A stretch of 63,988 nucleotides of DNA, filler included, from Dimargaris cristalligena (Eukaryota): NCBI GenBank assembly GCA_003614675.1. It is 6 parts of 6 records of this genome, joined end to end, with 100 filler letters (N's around TTAATTAATTAA, not from the genome) between each part and the next. Parts side by side here need not be neighbours in the genome. Positions count along the whole stretch, not along the records: positions 53,997 to 63,988 come from ML003214.1; 5 more parts are not named here. One strand, given 5' to 3'. Shown in pieces: positions 59,102-63,988 of the stretch (its first letter is position 1; every line of letters begins with the position of its first letter). Below the pieces are notes generated by a model. It was not told the origin of the DNA. It worked only from the letters and a program-made list of their open reading frames with translations, and did not search any database. Both the position numbers and the translations under genes were made by a program.

Positions 59102-60724
59102 GTTAGCGAGGGGGATTTGGCGGAGAAAGTCGCGGCACAGGTTATAATAATGTATTATAGGAGTTCGACTAACGGATTGTAACGATATAAGGGTTTAGAG
59201 AGAACCTCACTTCGTTCGACGTCAATGTTGTTGTTAAGACGAAGGTTTAATTCAAAGTATAAGAAAATAATAGGTAAAAATAGGGAAATAAGTAGAAGAA
59301 CTAAAACGGTGATGATGTAGAATGTTGAGGATTATGATGATGGTTGTTTTTCAACGTCCACCGAGGACGTCCTTTTAAAGGAATGGATATAGTTACTGAA
59401 AGCGGGACACGATTATGGCGTGTTGTGGTGGGGCCGGGATACCCCGGAAGGATGCAGAGCAGCGATGACTCAGACTGCTGAATAATAATTAGGGAGACGC
59501 GAAGGGACACATCGATAATATTATGTGCGTTAGACGAGGGGCGTAAAACGTCACACGGATAGACACTAGTGAATGATCAGAAATATGCGGAGTGATGGGA
59601 GAGGGTGGAACCGAATGATTATATACAAGTGAGTGCGATGTGATGGGAGGTGCTGGGGTAGGGGCGTGCTCCCCTTATGGATAGAGGATTTGGCTTGTTG
59701 GGTAATAGGGGCATGGAGAGAGTCGAGTAGCGAACGGTGTGGGCGAGCTTCGGGTGATTGTGTGACTAATGGGTTAAATCTCCCCAGTGGTTATTGATGG
59801 TTAGGGCCGATTCACACGTTTTTTAGCTATTTACGAGGCTAATGGCAGTTCTACCCACTGCAAAGCTGCAAAAGGTCATTGTGTTACCCATGGGAAAGAA
59901 TCGGCTGCAGACTCACACCATTCGCTACCCAGGGATTCCGAAAAAGAGAGGGAGAGCTCCTGGTTCCGCTAATAGTCTAATGAGGAAGAGGCAACAGGCT
60001 TCTAACATAATCTGGTGTAGAAGGGGCTCTGGTTGCATTCAACGTAGCAGCGGCATGTAGGTTTTACGGGCCTTTAGTAACAGTCGATTTATCAATAAAT
60101 GGACGAAATTAGTATTTGGGGTTCGGGAAATATTGAAAATGGGGCAACACTACGCTGCTTATTGGTAAAGAGGTACACACCATTTACATTTAATTCAAGC
60201 ACTGCCATCGCTGCGTGGTAGTATCCCGATTTTCTACCTGCCAGGCAGTTGCTAGCCTTAATACTACCCCTAGGTTAGGTAATAGTTGCTCACCAGCACA
60301 GTCGAAGGGTCATTATTTTTTAGATACACGGGATTTTAAATGCTACAACGCCCCCCCCCCCGTAGCCAAACAAATATTGACGTAAAGAAAAATAGGAGTT
60401 ATGAGAGGAAAATTCAGGGGGTGCGAGACGGTTTAATATCTACTTGCCGCCTTATCAAGAGCGTATAAGTACCCTGAAACGTAATGAACCCCTCCTCCCC
60501 AAGCTCGTTTGTTGCCATTAAACAGCGCTGAACATATCGCTACTTCCCATTGTTGGTACAGCTCTCCGGTTTATTTAAAGTCGTCCACTTTTATTCTTTT
60601 GCACTACACCCATCGATTCCCAAGAGTGGAGAAGTCAGTCTACCCACAGACGTCGCCTACAGAGTTAAGCACCGTTCGATCGATCATCCATAATTCATTT
60701 AAGAATTGTTGTGCCTCCTAAACC

Positions 60725-61951
60725 ATGAAATCGCCTAACTTATCTCTGTGGTTCGCCGGTCTAGTTTCGGCAGGCATTATTAGGCCATCCGAAGTGATGG
60801 GCCTAAGCGGACAGAGTGGTCTAAGGCCCCCCTCCTTGCACCCTCCGGTGGGTCGCACGCTTAATATTCCGCGAACTCTCATACCAGAATTAATGGGTAG
60901 TCTCCGGAAACGGACGTTAAGTCGTCGCCATCCTACCCGCAACAACCAAGTAGACGCCGAGGGCCACCTTCTCTTAACCGACGACAACCTACATTACTCG
61001 CGGCCGGGGGACACCTTTTATTTACCAAGTGGAATCCCCTTCTACGTCCACGTTGACCTTCCGACCCCCATCCGGCGCATCATATTCCTGGGTGACATAC
61101 ACGGTTGCTACAATGAGCTCGTTAGGCTGTTGACCAAAATGGGCTATGAGCAGGGCCGCGACTTGCTGGTCAGTGTTGGTGATTTGATAAACAAAGGTCC
61201 CGACAGTGCCAAAGTTCTAGACTTCGTTATGGAGCACAATATGCTGGCGGTACGCGGTAACCACGAGGATGGGGTAATCCGTATTTGGGACAGTGTCCAT
61301 GCGGTCCGGCGAGGAGAGCCCGCCTCCCAACTGCAACTAACCCCCCAGACCTTTCACGCCCTACCACCCTGCGATACTCCAGCCTGTCTTGACCTGTATC
61401 CTACTGACCCTTTTCTGGCCAAAACATTGTATTACCACAAGGATTTTTTCCCATCTTGGTGGCGGATCGAGCTGGTTCGCCTGGCCTACGATTTAATGTC
61501 CCAGCCCCGTTACGCCGCTCTGCTCCGGAGATTGCCCTACCTGATAAACCTCGCGCGCCTCGACCTGGGAGACATTTTAGTCGTCCACGCCGGTCTGCAG
61601 GCCGAACTGTCCCTGGACCAACAGAACCCCCGTATCATCACCACCATCGACTATCCCCCGCCGGAACTACGTACTCCTACGCTGGCGCTGTATAATTCAC
61701 GCGGCTGGTTCAATGTGTTCCGCGAGACTCTAGAACAAGGTGGGCTCAAATCCCCCTGGCTGAAGGATAAGACAATCATTTATGGCCACGACCCCCAAAC
61801 GGGAGTGGTCAAGGAACGGAATATGCACGGCCTGGACAGCGGATGTTACCTCGATTACTTCCTCACTGGTATGGTGGTCCCGGGGTTTAATATTCGGCAA
61901 ACAAAATGTACGGATATCAAGCGGATAATGGAGGACACCTATAAGTTCTAA
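60725..61951 (+). CDS. Calcineurin-like metallophosphoesterase, Ppn2/ApaH type, with hydrophobic N-terminus
   Basis: GDIHGC, VGDLINKGPDS, RGNHE, VHAG, IYGH and GLDSGC motifs; signal-like LSLWFAGLVSAGII. Confidence 0.9.
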   Translation: MKSPNLSLWFAGLVSAGIIRPSEVMGLSGQSGLRPPSLHPPVGRTLNIPRTLIPELMGSLRKRTLSRRHPTRNNQVDAEGHLLLTDDNLHYSRPGDTFYLPSGIPFYVHVDLPTPIRRIIFLGDIHGCYNELVRLLTKMGYEQGRDLLVSVGDLINKGPDSAKVLDFVMEHNMLAVRGNHEDGVIRIWDSVHAVRRGEPASQLQLTPQTFHALPPCDTPACLDLYPTDPFLAKTLYYHKDFFPSWWRIELVRLAYDLMSQPRYAALLRRLPYLINLARLDLGDILVVHAGLQAELSLDQQNPRIITTIDYPPPELRTPTLALYNSRGWFNVFRETLEQGGLKSPWLKDKTIIYGHDPQTGVVKERNMHGLDSGCYLDYFLTGMVVPGFNIRQTKCTDIKRIMEDTYKF

Positions 61952-63988
61952 ATAGACTCAGATAAAATATAGCGCACCGCCAATTTTGGACTACAAGTCA
62001 ATAAAATTACAGGGATATTGCTGGTGCTATTTTCAACGAGCAATATATAATACACCGCATATTACCAATAAAATAAAGTCGGGAGGTGACCTAAATCATG
62101 TTACGGAACCACGAATGGTAGCCTATGTACCTGAATTAATGCTGTTAACATTCAAAATGGGTAGTAATCAAAGCTTGATATATTATCCGCTCTAATTGCC
62201 GTATGAATGTGTGTTTCAATCGGCATTAAGCGTGAGGGTCTTTCAGACAGTATTGTTTTAAATAATACCCTATATATATATATTGTTTTTTTCAACTTAA
62301 TTTGTGTAATTAAGTTGGGCGAAGCCCTTTGGTATTTCTAATGAGAATACGAGGAGGGGAAGCAGCGATTGACGAAATATTACATCAGTCTATGATAAAC
62401 AAACGCCTGGTTGCGACTGAAACTGAATTAATAGATCGTAATTACTATGTGACCACCCGCGGTATGGTAATGTTGTTGAATTAAGTCCGCAATGGCAAGG
62501 GTGAAAGCATCGAGCAGTAGTACAATTTGGTCCAGTCTATAAAGTGAACCGCATGATCACCATTTGATTACAAAACAGAGGTTTGGGGTGAACAGGATAT
62601 TTATCAAAAACCCCAGGCCCAACACGCATCTGTATATAAACTGGAGATATGAAGCCAGTCCCCACTCAAAGCACGACCCCAAAAATGAGGCGACTCTATA
62701 ATCAAATGCCTTTCATTATAGTGCCTATGAAAATCCCCTTTGGCGTTCAACAATAAAAAGTTGACCAGACTTGGACTTCAGAATCAACCCACTGGCCCCT
62801 TTGGGATGAACTTAACCAAATTGCTACAATATATATCGACTTTAAACCCTTACCATTGCTAAAGCCCGGTAATTCAGAGTAGCTGTGGTCAAAATTATCT
62901 GGCCGGAAAGACGCACGTTTTGGTAGTGACATCAGTTCCATAGTCCGGTATTGGTGTTAAGAGGATGGTTGGGTATTTTAAAGGTTAAATGAGATAATTC
63001 GCAATATCGGGGGAGTATAAATATCCTACTTTATAATATGTTTAAAAATAATGAATGGATAATCAGTAAATTAGCCGGCGCCCATCAGCGAAGACATTAG
63101 GTTGGATACCCACAGCTAAGAAACAGGCGAGAAATACGTCGACATACGGAAATTACGCTCCAATCAATAAGCATGAATGCCTTGCTCGAATGTTTACGTA
63201 GACTACCCATGTCTGGAGAATAAATATAAAAATACATAATTTCTCTCGATTAGATCACGGCCCACAGATTCAAAAACTTAGAAGAAAGATATATTCAATT
63301 GAAAATCGATAGAAAATAAGTTATATTGGTGGTAATTGAACTCTGAATAATATTGATGTTATTCACCATTAGGACGTCATATAGGCTAAGTCTATGTTCT
63401 TCACGATCGGACTAGTGTAGACAATGGTTGATAAGCCCTAGGTAAAAAAGTGCAGGTACTTTGGCATTTTAATAATATATAAAAGAATACTTAAACTGGC
63501 AATCATATGCATTGTCAACATGGTGAACTGGTAAATTTTCCAATGGTTATAATATCACGAAAATATACCATAATAGAGTTGCGAAAAGACTAACAGAAAT
63601 CTCGACTTAAGTCAATGGTGAGACTTGAATTGCCAATGGAACTATCCCCATCCTGTAATACAGTGTAAGACACACGTCCTAAGAATAACAGAGCCGCGAA
63701 TTTCTCAATGGAAAAGTACTAGCTCGGATTCCTACCGCTTGGGATACAAAGCATCCCAGACATAGGCTAAAATAAAAAGTGGCATCGGCCCATTTTGGGA
63801 ACACACTGAAGCCAATCATCCAAGTCGCTGACCATACTCTATTACGAACATTCACTGGGCTCAAGATGTTGGAAGCAGGGCAACTCCTAAGTAATATCTT
63901 TTAAACTAAACTGGCCATATTCAGCCCTTAATAGAAAGAGGCCCTCTGGCGGGGGCAGTCAGAAATAGTGGCGAATAGGGCGAACGAA

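Overview
Eukaryotic, intron-containing fungal DNA. Gene content, intron style and a probable minor-spliceosome intron suggest an early-diverging fungus (possibly a Zoopagomycota mycoparasite such as Dimargaris; this is inference only). The window is not one locus. It holds six ~10.7-kb contigs in descending length order, joined by 100-nt N/TTAATTAATTAA/N linkers. Housekeeping genes: mitochondrial-type LysRS, PIG-X/Pbn1-like, EFG1, NDUFB7, SRR1-like, BUB2-like GAP, Nit1-type amidase, partial beta-COP, a tetraspanin-like protein, a Ppn2/ApaH-type metallophosphatase and tRNA-Lys(CTT). Accessory content: a tandem array of GPI-type 8-Cys surface proteins, a signal-peptide + F-box protein, two secreted class-3 lipases, a small secreted basic protein, a Ty3/gypsy pol fragment, LTR-like relics and six copies of a ~145-bp inverted-repeat element. 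Most notable observations: (1) sharply bounded, almost CpG-free hypermutated blocks containing damaged host genes (RRM gene, a surface-protein paralog, probably a tRNA), consistent with methylation-driven or RIP-like genome defence; (2) a probable AT-AC (U12-type) intron in the SRR1-like gene; (3) a secreted F-box effector candidate with two in-frame donors (GT and GC) that would drop or keep the F-box. All exon models and counts were made by eye.
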